Assembly: GCA_032250835.1 (NCBI GenBank)
Contig: JAVVEA010000002.1
Span: forward strand, 310,596 to 374,595
DNA from: a bacterium
GTDB lineage: Bacteria; SAR324; XYD2-FULL-50-16
Direction: 5' to 3'
DNA: 64,000 nucleotides
Within the stretch, counting starts at the first letter, position 1. Each line of letters opens with the position of its first letter. The notes beneath the pieces are model-generated. The model did no database searches. It saw nothing but the letters and a program-made list of their open reading frames with translations, and had not been told where the DNA came from. Shown here one piece after another: positions 50,892-61,473 of the stretch. Position numbers and translations under genes: made by a program.

Positions 50892-51869
50892 ATGATGAAA
50901 GGCCTAACTATATGCGCGGCGCTGTTGGCGCTCTTTTGGACTGGCGCAGCCCCAGCCCAGGTGATCACACCCTCGCTAGATCCTAGTGTGGCTTCGATGG
51001 GGCCAGCGGCGACTGGCTGGAAAACCGAAGATGTGGTGGCGCTTGCCTACACGGACCGAACGGGCAAACGTGAGCAATCAGGGGTCCAACAATATGAATT
51101 TACTGGATCGCAGTCTGATGTGATGTTGGCCTTGACTATGGAAGGGGCTGCCTTTGAGCTGGCTTCAAGCAACCAAAGCACCGGCACGAAGCCCGAAGGC
51201 GTCTACGACCAACCGGTACCGATCAGCAACAAGACCGCCCAGGCTAATTTGGCCATCCAGGGCAACGATTTCTTCAGTATGGGTCTCGGCTACCGTACTG
51301 AAGAAAAAGAACGCTGGCTTAGCCAAAGCTATCCGCATGATCGAACTAAGCTCACCTACGCCGGAGGGGCGTTAAGCGTTCGTTTGGGCGAGAGTTTTTA
51401 TGTAGGCGGCGGGGCTAGCCGGGTGCGGGAGGCCAGCGACCTGTATGTGGACAATAATTGGGTCGAAAGCCAGATTGGCTTGGCCATGTTATTTGGCCAG
51501 CCAGGGGACACAAGGTTCCGTTTTGAGGCTTCCTTAACCCAAACCCCCAAGGCGTTGCAAAATGCCGCTGCTGACCGCGCCCCTGCTGCGCATCCCGGCT
51601 CGGACCTACAACGCGGGGCCTTGGAATTGGAATTTAGTGGGTTACTCTTTTCCTTCCAAGGAGACCAATTGATCGAACGAGTCGTCACCGTGGATGCCGC
51701 CACCGGGCAAACTAGTTCGCAGACCGAGTCGGTTTCGAGCCGAGCCGGTGTGCTCTGGGTGCCTGAAATGGGTATGTCGCTGGGTTTTTACTTCGGCAAC
51801 CAGCAGGTCAAACAGCTGTATACTGATAGCTTTTCCGACTTCCAGGTCAAGCTAGGATACCTTTTTTAA
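50892..51869 (+). CDS. Secreted, putative outer-membrane beta-barrel protein, paralog 2
   Basis: Signal peptide, beta-strand pattern, ends VKLGYLF (Bam-type C-terminal Phe). Confidence 0.65.
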   Translation: MMKGLTICAALLALFWTGAAPAQVITPSLDPSVASMGPAATGWKTEDVVALAYTDRTGKREQSGVQQYEFTGSQSDVMLALTMEGAAFELASSNQSTGTKPEGVYDQPVPISNKTAQANLAIQGNDFFSMGLGYRTEEKERWLSQSYPHDRTKLTYAGGALSVRLGESFYVGGGASRVREASDLYVDNNWVESQIGLAMLFGQPGDTRFRFEASLTQTPKALQNAAADRAPAAHPGSDLQRGALELEFSGLLFSFQGDQLIERVVTVDAATGQTSSQTESVSSRAGVLWVPEMGMSLGFYFGNQQVKQLYTDSFSDFQVKLGYLF

Positions 51870-51877
51870 GGCCCTAT

Positions 51878-52918
51878 TTATCTTAGCGCCGCCAATTCTT
51901 GGCGGCGGCCTTCCCCGACCTTTTGAAGCAGTTCGCGGCAGCCTTTAAGCACCAGTTCGGCAGGGGCTTGCAGGCATTCCAGTTGGCACTTTGGGTAGTG
52001 GCAGCTGCGCTTGCAGCCCGGGTCCCACTCCACATAACGGTGCCGGGGCGACCCCGGCGGCATCCAGTTTTCCGCCAGTGGCCGCCCGAACACTGCCAAA
52101 CTGGGGCACCCGGTGGCGATGGCAAAATGCATGGGGCCGTTGTCATTGCCCAGGTGGAAGTCCGCCAACCGCAATAAACCCACCGTCTCACTCAAGCTAG
52201 GAACCGGGTAGTCGCCTAGGTCGGCTTGGCTCAACTGGCTACGGACCGCCTCTACAAAGTGGGCTTCGCCGGGGCCCCAGAGGAATAACAATTGGGCTTT
52301 TTGGTCTTGCACTAACGCATTGGCCACCTGTGCGAACCGCTCGGCGGGCCAGACCTTGTAAGGCTGCCGTGAGACGGGGCTGAGGGTGATTAAGGGGCGG
52401 TGGGGGTCCCAGTCTAGGGAGTCTAAGATTCTGCGGGCTCCGGCTTGATCCTCGGGGGAGATCGGCAAGGCTAATTGGGGATTGGCTGCTTGAATGCCTA
52501 AGGGCTCTAACAGCGCCAAGCGCTCGGCCGCTGAATAGGGGCTAGTAGGCTGCGGTTGGACCGGGTGGGTGTAAAACCACCGCCGACCTTGGCGGTTGTA
52601 CCCAATCCGCATCTTCGCCCCGCTCAGCCAGCTGAGGGCTGCACTGATCGGCTTGTTGTAAAAGTCCACCGCTAGCTCAAAGCGCTGCTCGCGTAGTTGG
52701 GTGATCAGGTGTAACACTGCCGAAGCCCGCGCTTTTTTGGGGAATAACCAAGTCTTATATATATTCGGGTTGGCGGCTACCAGTTGGTCTGCTGGGGCCA
52801 TGGTCAGTAGGTGTAACCGCGCTTCTGGGTATTGGGCGGTCAGGGCGGCAAAGGTAGGAGTGCACATCAAGACGTCGCCTAGCTGTTTGAGCTGGATCAG
52901 CAGGATGTCTTTAGGCAT
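51878..52918 (-). CDS. GT9-family LPS heptosyltransferase
   Basis: LGDVLMCTP, KVWP, GNDNGPMHFA and AVFG motifs. Confidence 0.88.
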   Translation of the reverse strand: MPKDILLIQLKQLGDVLMCTPTFAALTAQYPEARLHLLTMAPADQLVAANPNIYKTWLFPKKARASAVLHLITQLREQRFELAVDFYNKPISAALSWLSGAKMRIGYNRQGRRWFYTHPVQPQPTSPYSAAERLALLEPLGIQAANPQLALPISPEDQAGARRILDSLDWDPHRPLITLSPVSRQPYKVWPAERFAQVANALVQDQKAQLLFLWGPGEAHFVEAVRSQLSQADLGDYPVPSLSETVGLLRLADFHLGNDNGPMHFAIATGCPSLAVFGRPLAENWMPPGSPRHRYVEWDPGCKRSCHYPKCQLECLQAPAELVLKGCRELLQKVGEGRRQELAALR

Positions 52919-53591
52919 CAGTGCCCTCGGGCTTGATTAGGCCGAATAGCTCCAGCGCAAAGCGGCCCGAATCTTGGGCCGAATAATAATCCAAGGCCCC
53001 ACCGACCAGACCGCCAGCCAAGGGGATGGCTTTGCCCAAGCGGGTCAGTCCCTTTTGCCCCGCCATTTGGCTTAACTTCGAAACGATCCGCTGGTTGATC
53101 ATCAACAGGGTTTTTTTGGGTAGGCGGTTGAAGTTGCCTTGGGCCAACTTGACCTGCAACTCGTTGAAGTCCGACTCCACCAACTCCTTGCCTCGGTTAC
53201 CTAAGAGGGCAAGACCGATGGCGGTGCGCACCGGAGGTTCGTTGACGTCGAATCCGGCCAAATCCGCAATGGCGGCGATGCAGCGGATTTGCAGCACCCA
53301 ACTAGCGGCCATTGAAGCGGGGATCGCCAAGGGAAGAGAGACGAATCCACCTAAGCTAGTGAAAAAACCACTGGCAAAGTTTTTGCGCAGTTCATTCTTG
53401 AGAAGTGCTTCGGCGGCTTGTAGTCGGTCCAAGGGTAGGCCTGCTTGCTTATAGCCGGCGGCCAAAGCTGAAGCCCCTTTGAGCGGCCCAACTCCTTGAA
53501 TCCCGTAATCCAATAGATGATTCAGCGTCTTAACGCCCGTTTCCAAGAATCGCTTGGCTTGTTCTAGTTCCTTAGGATCGATCGAAATCAT
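52911..53591 (-). CDS. EcsC-family protein
   Basis: SGFFTSLGGFVSLPLAIPA, QIRCIAAIA and GKAIPLAGGLVGG motifs. Confidence 0.8.
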   Translation of the reverse strand: MISIDPKELEQAKRFLETGVKTLNHLLDYGIQGVGPLKGASALAAGYKQAGLPLDRLQAAEALLKNELRKNFASGFFTSLGGFVSLPLAIPASMAASWVLQIRCIAAIADLAGFDVNEPPVRTAIGLALLGNRGKELVESDFNELQVKLAQGNFNRLPKKTLLMINQRIVSKLSQMAGQKGLTRLGKAIPLAGGLVGGALDYYSAQDSGRFALELFGLIKPEGTDA

Positions 53592-53997
53592 TTTTTTCTT
53601 TTTTGGTACTTCAAATTGGTTCCCCGCTATGGTACTCCCCAACGAAGTCTCCTGTCTTCCCCCAAGTTGAATTTTGGACTTGAAAAAATCAAACGCTGTT
53701 TGGTTTGTAGTTTTCAGGTCTAGATTTGACGGAACTTTTTGGGGGGACTCGGGGCGGATATTCGCGGGATGATAAAAAAGCGGATAAAAGCTAATTCAGC
53801 TAATTAAGCCCCAGCACCGTGAATATTCTAAAATATGAATTAAATAATGTTCTAAAAGTCGATTGCAATTTGGATTACGTTATGCTGTGATCCTTGCACT
53901 TTCGTTTGCCATAAAACGAACAGGACTTCAACCAGAGCCTTTGATCCCGCCTGCTGTCAGGCGGACCGAAAACCAATCGATCATCACCGGTTTACGA

Positions 53998-54624
53998 ATG
54001 AAGAGACAAGGTCAAAACGTAGTGCGGAGGGTCTTAACGATCCTTGCTGCCACCATGCTGGTCTTTCCCTCGCTTATCTTAGCTGAAGGAGAGTTTACCC
54101 AGCCCATAAAATTCAGTCATGTGACCCACGCAGGTGCGAACGAGATTCCTTGCGAATTTTGTCACATCTACGCCAGCCGCTCCATCGTTTCGGGCATCCC
54201 TCCTGTGCGGACCTGCTTCGGCTGCCATCAGGTAGTTCGGGGCACCGACGAAGCACAGCAGAAAGAGATCGAAAAGGTTCTGGGCTACTGGGAACGCAAA
54301 GAACCTATCCCCTGGAAAAAGGTCCACGATGTACCCGATTTCGTGAGCTTTTCGCACAAGCGCCATATCCAGATTGGTTTTGACTGCAACCAATGCCACG
54401 GAGATATGGCCAAGGTTGCCGAAGTGAGCTTCGATACCATGAAGCAACCCTTAAGCATGGGCTGGTGTGTTGAGTGCCACATGACCAAGCACCCCACCGC
54501 CAATGGCAAGATCGCAGGGCCGGTACGTAAAACCCGCGGTGCCCAACCGATCAGTAATGCCGCAAAAGTCCAACCCGATGGCGACATCTCGGGTAGCAAA
54601 GATTGTTTCATCTGCCACAAGTAA
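53998..54624 (+). CDS. actA: Alternative complex III pentaheme cytochrome c subunit
   Basis: Five CxxCH motifs, QPIKFSH, FSHKRH and LSMGWC; start uncertain. Confidence 0.88.
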   Translation: MKRQGQNVVRRVLTILAATMLVFPSLILAEGEFTQPIKFSHVTHAGANEIPCEFCHIYASRSIVSGIPPVRTCFGCHQVVRGTDEAQQKEIEKVLGYWERKEPIPWKKVHDVPDFVSFSHKRHIQIGFDCNQCHGDMAKVAEVSFDTMKQPLSMGWCVECHMTKHPTANGKIAGPVRKTRGAQPISNAAKVQPDGDISGSKDCFICHK

Positions 54625-54636
54625 TCAGGAGCGAGA

Positions 54637-57600
54637 ATGACTAAAGTCAACCGCAGAGACTTCTTTAAAGTGGCCGCCGTTAGCGGCGCCGCGGCTGCTG
54701 TTGCCGGGTGCGGGAGCGACCCGGTCGAAGAAATCATCCCCATGTTGGTCCCGCCGACCGAATACAAACCCGGCGTAACCATTTCTTTTGCCTCAACCTG
54801 CAACGAGTGCTCTGCTAACTGCGGTATGGTGATCCGTACCCGAGAAGCACGTGCCATCAAAGCCGAAGGCAACCCGCACCACCCCATGAGCCAGGGTAGC
54901 CTGTGCAACCAGGGCCAAGCGAGTATGCAGGCCATGTACAGCCCCTCCCGCTCTAAGGGCCCTAACAAAAAGGGTGCTGCGATTAAGTGGGACGAAGGCT
55001 TGAGTGAATTGGCCGCCAAGATGAAAGAGGCCAACCGGGTCTTATATATTGGCCGCCCCCAGTCGGGCAGCTTGAAGAAATTGTTGGCTGAGACCTTGGC
55101 TGCCTCGGGCGGCGGCGACGCCTTACAATTCGATATGATGCCCGTCTCTACGTTAAAGAAGGGCAACGAGATCGCCTTCGGCACTGCCGAAATCCCCGAA
55201 TACGCGATTGGGGAAGCCAAGACCTTGGTCACCTTTGGTGCCGATATTTTGGACTCTTGGCTGAACAACCAACTGAACATGCGCGAATTTACCCGGATGC
55301 ATGCTTACAAGCATGGCGAAAAGGGCAAGTTCATCCACGTTTCGCCTCACATGAGCTTGACCGGTGCCAACGCAGACCAGTGGGTCGGTGTCAAGCCCGG
55401 CGACGAAGCCTTAATCGCGTTGGCGGTGGCTGGTGAGCTGCTGCCTAGCTCGGCAATGTCAGGTAATGGCGCATTGAAATCTTATCTTGATGGCTTCACC
55501 ACCGATTCGGTCGCCAGCAAGACCGGCGTCTCGGCGCAAGTGATCAAGGGACTAGCCAAAGACTTCAACCAAGGCGGCATGTCGCTGGCTATGGCGGGCG
55601 GCAACACGGCCATGTCGGGCGAAGGAACCAAACTGCAAGTGGCGGTGAACCTGCTCAACGCAGTGGCCGGTAACCTGGGCAAGACCGTTAAGTTCGGCGC
55701 TGATTACAAAATCGGCGGTGATTCGGCCCAGTCTTTTGCCGATGCTGCTCAAAAGATGAAGTCTGGGGCCTATCAAGTGGTTTTGATCGAAGGGGCCAAC
55801 CCGGTTTACGCTCTGCCTAAAGACTCGGGCTTCGCCGAAGCACTGGCGCAGGTTCCTTTGGTCGTTAGCCTCTCGACCGAAGAAGACGAAACTTCGGCCT
55901 TGGCCCATATGCATCTGCCCACTAGCCACTCAGTAGAGGCCTGGGGCGACAGTATGCCCCGCAAAGGCGTTTACGGCTTGCAACAACCAGCTATGGCCAA
56001 GTTGCCGGGCTACGACACCATGTCTCTAGGCGACTTGATGGTCGCCTTGGCGGGCAAGCTGGGCGCTGCTGCACCAGCAGACTACAAGACTTATTTGATG
56101 GCTCAGTGGAAGGGCTACCAAAAGGATCTGGGGCTAGGCGGTGCCTTTGAAGATTTCTGGAAGAAGTCTTTGCAGCAAGGTGGCCAGTTTACCGGCTACA
56201 GTTCTAAGGGAGCCAACCTTCAGTCTGGCGCATACGCTTCGGCTATGGCCCCTAAGGGCGGCCAAACTGGTTTGGCCATCGTTGCGGCCAACTCGCCGAA
56301 CCACCGTGCCGAAGGGACCAACGGCAACCGCACTTGGTTGCTCGAAATCCCCCACCCGATCACGCAGTTGGTCTGGGACTCTTGGGTTGAGATCAGCCCC
56401 GATACGGCGGTTCGCTTGGGCGTGAATCACTTCGACGAAGTGGAAATCACTACCGCTAAGGGCAGCCTCAAGGCGGGTGTTTGGGTCAACTACGGCATCG
56501 CTGATAACGTGCTGTCGATGCCTACCGGTTTGGGCCGCGAAGTTCCCTTCCCGACCTACGTGAGCACCCGCAACAAGTCGATCTTCCTGCCGCACGTGGA
56601 GATGAGCTCGGACATTAAGATCAAACCCTTGAAGGTGGGCACAAATGTCATGGACCTGATGGGTTTTGACACCGATGCCCTCTCGGGCGACCTACAGTTC
56701 GTCACCGCCGTTAGTGCGCTTAAAGCTACTGGTGAAACCGCCTATATGGTGACTCCCGAAGGCCAAGCGCACCACCATGACGCCGCAGCGTTGTCTAAGG
56801 AATACACCAAGGCTTATATGGGTGACCGCAGCCAGAAAGGCCGCGGCTTTGCTCAGTCCACCTCGGTTGAAGCCATGAACGGCCACGGCGGACATGAAGG
56901 AGATGGCGGGCACCACCTGCGCCACCGCCACTACACCACCGACCTACCCAGCAACACCGATATGTACCCCGAGCGGGCCGCTGACGTAGCTTATCACGTA
57001 GATTGGAGCGGACGCGACAAGCCCGTGTACTACGAAACCAATAAGTGGGAAATGGCCGTTGATCTGGACCGTTGTACCGGTTGTGCCGCCTGTGTGGTTG
57101 CTTGTTACGCCGAAAACAACGTGGCCGTCGTCGGCAAGGAACGCATGTCAACGGGACGCGAGATGTCTTGGCTGCGCGTAGCTCGTTGGCAAGACCACAA
57201 CGAAGAAACCGGCGATCTAGAGACCTACTTCTCGCCCAACATGTGTGGCCAATGCGCCAACGCTGGTTGCGAAACGGTTTGTCCCGTATACGCAACCTAC
57301 CATAATGACGAGGGGATCAACGCAATGGTGTACAACCGTTGTGTGGGCACTCGCTACTGCGCGAACAACTGTATTTATAAGCAACGTCGGTTCAACTGGC
57401 GGACTTATGAGTTCCCCGCGCCGCTACACATGCAGCTCAACCCCGCCATGACCGTGCGGGAGAAAGGCGTCATGGAAAAGTGTAACTTCTGTTATTCTCG
57501 GATTCGCGAAGGTAAGGATCTTGCCAAGGACATGGGCCGCGAGGTCTTCGACGGTGAGATCAAAACCGCTTGCCAGCAGACCTGCCCGGCGGATGCGATC

Positions 57601-57747
57601 AGCTTCGGGAATATTAAAGACCCCAAGGCTAAGGTTACCCAAATTGTAAATACCACCAAGCGTGGCTACCACCAGCTTGAAGAGGTAAACTTCAAACCTG
57701 CGGTGACCTACTTGAAAAAGATCAATCACGATAACAAGAAAGCATAG
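54637..57747 (+). CDS. actB: Alternative complex III ActB (molybdopterin-oxidoreductase-like domain fused to an Fe-S domain)
   Basis: Tat signal RRDFFK; C-terminal NrfC-like Cys motifs (CTGCAAC, CGQC..C..VCP, CVGTRYCANNC, MEKCNFC). Confidence 0.9.
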   Translation: MTKVNRRDFFKVAAVSGAAAAVAGCGSDPVEEIIPMLVPPTEYKPGVTISFASTCNECSANCGMVIRTREARAIKAEGNPHHPMSQGSLCNQGQASMQAMYSPSRSKGPNKKGAAIKWDEGLSELAAKMKEANRVLYIGRPQSGSLKKLLAETLAASGGGDALQFDMMPVSTLKKGNEIAFGTAEIPEYAIGEAKTLVTFGADILDSWLNNQLNMREFTRMHAYKHGEKGKFIHVSPHMSLTGANADQWVGVKPGDEALIALAVAGELLPSSAMSGNGALKSYLDGFTTDSVASKTGVSAQVIKGLAKDFNQGGMSLAMAGGNTAMSGEGTKLQVAVNLLNAVAGNLGKTVKFGADYKIGGDSAQSFADAAQKMKSGAYQVVLIEGANPVYALPKDSGFAEALAQVPLVVSLSTEEDETSALAHMHLPTSHSVEAWGDSMPRKGVYGLQQPAMAKLPGYDTMSLGDLMVALAGKLGAAAPADYKTYLMAQWKGYQKDLGLGGAFEDFWKKSLQQGGQFTGYSSKGANLQSGAYASAMAPKGGQTGLAIVAANSPNHRAEGTNGNRTWLLEIPHPITQLVWDSWVEISPDTAVRLGVNHFDEVEITTAKGSLKAGVWVNYGIADNVLSMPTGLGREVPFPTYVSTRNKSIFLPHVEMSSDIKIKPLKVGTNVMDLMGFDTDALSGDLQFVTAVSALKATGETAYMVTPEGQAHHHDAAALSKEYTKAYMGDRSQKGRGFAQSTSVEAMNGHGGHEGDGGHHLRHRHYTTDLPSNTDMYPERAADVAYHVDWSGRDKPVYYETNKWEMAVDLDRCTGCAACVVACYAENNVAVVGKERMSTGREMSWLRVARWQDHNEETGDLETYFSPNMCGQCANAGCETVCPVYATYHNDEGINAMVYNRCVGTRYCANNCIYKQRRFNWRTYEFPAPLHMQLNPAMTVREKGVMEKCNFCYSRIREGKDLAKDMGREVFDGEIKTACQQTCPADAISFGNIKDPKAKVTQIVNTTKRGYHQLEEVNFKPAVTYLKKINHDNKKA

Positions 57748-57755
57748 GAGAGGCC

Positions 57756-59078
57756 GTGAGTAACGTCACCTACGCCAGCATCAATGACGATATCCTTCAT
57801 TCGATGAAGCCACCGGGCAAGTCCTGGTTTGCGAGCATGGCCATCATCCTGGTTATGTTGGGAATGGGGATCTTCGCCTTTGGCTACCAGATCCGCCACG
57901 GTATGGAAGGCAGCGGTATCAACAACCCAATCGGTTGGGGTGTATACATCACCAACTTCGTATTTTGGGTTGGTATCGGCCACGCAGGCACCCTGATTTC
58001 AGCGGTGCTCTACTTGGTTCGTGCCCCCTTCCGGACCTCAATCTACCGCGCCAGTGAGGCCATGACCGTGTTTGCGGTCATGACGGCAGCTCTGTTCCCG
58101 CTGATCCACATCGGTCGGGTTTGGAACTTCTACTGGTTGATTCCTTATCCTAACCAGCGGCTCTTGTGGGTTAACTTCAAGTCGCCCCTGCTGTGGGACG
58201 TGTTCGCGGTGAACACCTACATGTCCGTTTCGATCCTCTTCTTCTTAGTCGGCTTGGTGCCTGACTTTGCCGTGGTTCGAGACGAATCAAAGGGCTTAAA
58301 GAAGTTATTCTACGGAATCGCTTCCTTGGGCTTTAAGGGAACCAACCATGAGTGGAAACACTACATGCGGGCTTACCTGCTCTTTGCAGCTATCGCCACC
58401 CCCTTGGTGTTCTCGGTACACTCGATTGTATCCTGGGACTTCGCCATGAGTTCGATCCCCGGTTGGCACACCACCATCTTCCCGCCTTACTTTGTGGCGG
58501 GCGCAATCTTCTCGGGTTGTGCCATGGTGTTGACACTGTTGTTGCCTCTGCGGGCGATCTTCCCGGGCTTTAAAGACATCATCAAGATCAAGGATATGGA
58601 GGCTATGGCCAAGATGATCCTCTTTACGGGTTTCATCGTCACCTATGCCTACAGCATCGAATTCTTCATCGCCTGGTACTCGGGGGCCCGCTACGAGCGA
58701 GCGCTCTTCTGGTTCCGCCCCTTCGGCGAGTTGAAGTTTTTCTTCTTCCTGATGATCTTTTGTAACTGTATTTCGCCGCTGCCGCTTTGGTCGAAGAAAC
58801 TTCGCACCAACGTCCCGGCGCTGTTCATCGTCTCGATTTTTATCAACATCGGGATGTGGATGGAACGTTTCAACATTGTGGTGACCTCCTTGGCTCACGA
58901 CTTCGATCCCTACGCTTGGGGCACCTATACCTTCGAGTGGGTTGAGATGTGGATCACCATCGGCAGCTTCGGCTGGTTCTTTATGTGGTTCTTTATCTTC
59001 GTCAAGATCATGCCTTCCTTGGCTGCGGCGGAACTCAAAGAAGCCCTGAACCCACCCATGAGGAGTGCACATGAGTAA
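57756..59078 (+). CDS. actC: Alternative complex III quinol-binding NrfD-like subunit
   Basis: NFVFWVGIGHAGTLISA, SPLLWD, SVHSIVSWDF and WMERF motifs. Confidence 0.92.
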   Translation: MSNVTYASINDDILHSMKPPGKSWFASMAIILVMLGMGIFAFGYQIRHGMEGSGINNPIGWGVYITNFVFWVGIGHAGTLISAVLYLVRAPFRTSIYRASEAMTVFAVMTAALFPLIHIGRVWNFYWLIPYPNQRLLWVNFKSPLLWDVFAVNTYMSVSILFFLVGLVPDFAVVRDESKGLKKLFYGIASLGFKGTNHEWKHYMRAYLLFAAIATPLVFSVHSIVSWDFAMSSIPGWHTTIFPPYFVAGAIFSGCAMVLTLLLPLRAIFPGFKDIIKIKDMEAMAKMILFTGFIVTYAYSIEFFIAWYSGARYERALFWFRPFGELKFFFFLMIFCNCISPLPLWSKKLRTNVPALFIVSIFINIGMWMERFNIVVTSLAHDFDPYAWGTYTFEWVEMWITIGSFGWFFMWFFIFVKIMPSLAAAELKEALNPPMRSAHE

Positions 59079-59601
59079 GCAATTTTCCGGAGTCTGGGCG
59101 ACCTACGAGTACCTAGACGACTTTTGCGGGGCGATCCGGGAGCTGCGTGAATCGGGCTTCCAGCGGCTCACTACCTTGAGCCCTTGCCCGCGCCACGAGA
59201 TCGACCATGCCCTGGGCGACCCCCAGAGCCGGGTGCCTTTTTTCACCCTGGCCGGTATGTTTGTGGGCTTCTCTTTGGCCCTGACGCTCATGATCTTCAT
59301 GAGCCTCGACTGGATCTTGCCGGTTTCGGGTAAGCCGGTGGTGTCTTATCCGATCATGGGTCCGGTACTCTTCGAGTTGAGCGTTTTGGTCGCGGTTTGG
59401 TTCACGCTGATCTCTATGGTCGGCTTGATCCTACGCGATCTTTCCAAGCACCCCTTCCCCAAGGGAAAGGTCTGGAAGGCATATACCCGCTTCACCCGGG
59501 ACCGTTTCGGCGTGATCGTGCCTTGCACTCAGCACGACTTGGAAAAGGTCGAGAGCATTTTGAACAAATTCCAAGCCGAGGAGGTCAACCGTGAAGCATA
59601 A
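59071..59601 (+). CDS. actD: Alternative complex III subunit D (DUF3341)
   Basis: SPCP.HEI, GKP, FELSVL and DRF motifs; two TM helices; operon position. Confidence 0.85.
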   Translation: MSKQFSGVWATYEYLDDFCGAIRELRESGFQRLTTLSPCPRHEIDHALGDPQSRVPFFTLAGMFVGFSLALTLMIFMSLDWILPVSGKPVVSYPIMGPVLFELSVLVAVWFTLISMVGLILRDLSKHPFPKGKVWKAYTRFTRDRFGVIVPCTQHDLEKVESILNKFQAEEVNREA

Positions 59602-60148
59602 AGCTCTGCTCTTGGCAGCGGCCCTGATGTTAGCTGGGGCTCCTGTCGCTTGGGCTAAATCCTCCATTTGGATTGCCATCACCGACATGTACGATCAAAA
59701 AAGCATCAAGCCCCAAGAACAGGGTAGCATGACCAGCTTTCCGCTCGGCTCGGTAGACACCCGCGGCAATTTGATGGAGTCACCTGACGGCAACACCGAT
59801 TGGCTGTTGCGCGAGTTGGACCCGGCCACTTCGACGCCTAACCCGATTCCGGCTACGCCGGAGTCCTTGGCTAATGGTGAGCTGAAGTACAACACCTATT
59901 GCGCGGTCTGCCACACTGACTCGACCGAAACTAGCGAGATGGGTACGGCAAAGTCCAAGGTCAACGAAAAGGGCATGCTGGCTCCGGCTTTGCTGCTGAT
60001 GACTCCGGGCTTTCCTGACGGCTATCTTTACTTTAAGGCCAAGTATGCCAGCGGCGCGATCATGCCGCCCCTGGGATATGCAACCACCGATAAAGACCGC
60101 TGGGATATTGTCAATTACATCCGCAATAAACTGGAGAAGCAGCAATGA
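59591..60148 (+). CDS. actE: Alternative complex III monoheme cytochrome c subunit
   Basis: DMYDQ, CAVCH, IMPP and DRWDIVNYIR motifs. Confidence 0.85.
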   Translation: MKHKALLLAAALMLAGAPVAWAKSSIWIAITDMYDQKSIKPQEQGSMTSFPLGSVDTRGNLMESPDGNTDWLLRELDPATSTPNPIPATPESLANGELKYNTYCAVCHTDSTETSEMGTAKSKVNEKGMLAPALLLMTPGFPDGYLYFKAKYASGAIMPPLGYATTDKDRWDIVNYIRNKLEKQQ

Positions 60149-61449
60149 CGAGACATGAAGAGATGAAGGCCGTTCTCGAGAATTCGGTCTTCAAGCTAAG
60201 CGGAGGTCTGCGCGGCATGCTGGTCCTGTTTGTAGCCATCGGACTCGTTGGCTTCATCGTCGGGGCCGCCGGCAGTCACCCCCACGAAGCCTGGCAGGCG
60301 TTGTTGATCAACACCATGTTTTTCGGTGGGATCGGCTTTGGTGCTTTAGGCTTTTCGGTAATCTGGCAGATAACCGACGCTAACTGGGGGCGCCCCTATA
60401 AGCGTTTTGCTGAGGTTTTGGCATCCTTCGCGCCGGTTATGTTCCTCTTGATGCTGGTGCTCTTTTTTGGTGCATCGCACTTCTTTCAATGGGTGGACCA
60501 TGACAAAGTGATCCATTCGAAGGCAGCGTGGCTTAACTTCCCCTTCTTCGTTTGGCGCAACGTCCTGCTCTTCTTGTTGGTGATGGGCCTAGGTTGGTAC
60601 TATATTAAAAACTCCTTGCGCCCGGACATCGGTCTGGCCAAGCAGCTGACCAACTTCTCCAATGGCTTCGCCGACAAATTGGTGAGCAACTACGGCTCTC
60701 AAGAAGAAGAAGAGAAGGCAGCCCACAAGCGTGCGATTTGGGTTGGGCCTCTGGTTGGTATGGGCTGGGGCTTGCTTTCATCGCTGCTGGCCTTTGATTG
60801 GATGATGTCCATCGACCAAGAGTGGTTCTCTACCATGTTCGGTGTACAATACCTAGTCGCTAGCTTGATCAGCGGCATGGCCGCATTGAACCTGATCAGC
60901 GGCGTGGTCTGGAAGAAGTTTAAGCTCGACGGCTACATCAACACCAGCCGCCACCATGACACCGGTAAGTTTATCTTCGCTTTGTGTCTGCTCTGGACCT
61001 ACATGTGTTTCTCTCAGGTGATCGTGATCTGGTACGGCAACATCCCCGAGGAGACGCCTTACTTGATTTTGCGGATGCAGAGCCACGAGTGGAGCTGGAT
61101 GTTCTGGGTGATCATGGTGATCATGTTCCTGATTCCTTTCTTCGGCTTGATGAGCCGTACCGCCTGCAACACGCCTTGGTTCAGCCGGATCATCGCGATT
61201 GACGTGCTGGTTGGCTTGTGGTTGGAGAAGTACTTCATGATCGTTCCCTCGATCCAAGAAAACATGGCCGACAACGCGGCTCATGGGGCCGCCGTCCACG
61301 GCTTGCCGGGCTTCCAGTACAACGTCTTCGATTTCTCGGTGACCTTGGGCGTGCTGGGCTTGTTCTTGTTGACCTTCTTCTGGGTCTTGCAACGGGTGCC
61401 GGTGGTGCCCATCAGCGACCCTCGCTTCTTCAAAGACGGCGGCCACTAG
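60145..61449 (+). CDS. actF: Alternative complex III NrfD-like subunit F
   Basis: DWMMS...WFSTMFG, HDTGK and SQVIVIWYGNIPEE motifs. Confidence 0.9.
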   Translation: MTRHEEMKAVLENSVFKLSGGLRGMLVLFVAIGLVGFIVGAAGSHPHEAWQALLINTMFFGGIGFGALGFSVIWQITDANWGRPYKRFAEVLASFAPVMFLLMLVLFFGASHFFQWVDHDKVIHSKAAWLNFPFFVWRNVLLFLLVMGLGWYYIKNSLRPDIGLAKQLTNFSNGFADKLVSNYGSQEEEEKAAHKRAIWVGPLVGMGWGLLSSLLAFDWMMSIDQEWFSTMFGVQYLVASLISGMAALNLISGVVWKKFKLDGYINTSRHHDTGKFIFALCLLWTYMCFSQVIVIWYGNIPEETPYLILRMQSHEWSWMFWVIMVIMFLIPFFGLMSRTACNTPWFSRIIAIDVLVGLWLEKYFMIVPSIQENMADNAAHGAAVHGLPGFQYNVFDFSVTLGVLGLFLLTFFWVLQRVPVVPISDPRFFKDGGH

Positions 61450-61473
61450 GCCGACGCCTTTTGTTGGATATCG

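Noticed and set aside
54285-61446. Long antisense ORFs over the act operon (and over uvrA, pckA and pyrG)
   Set aside because: Shadow ORFs caused by high-GC codon bias opposite well-supported genes.
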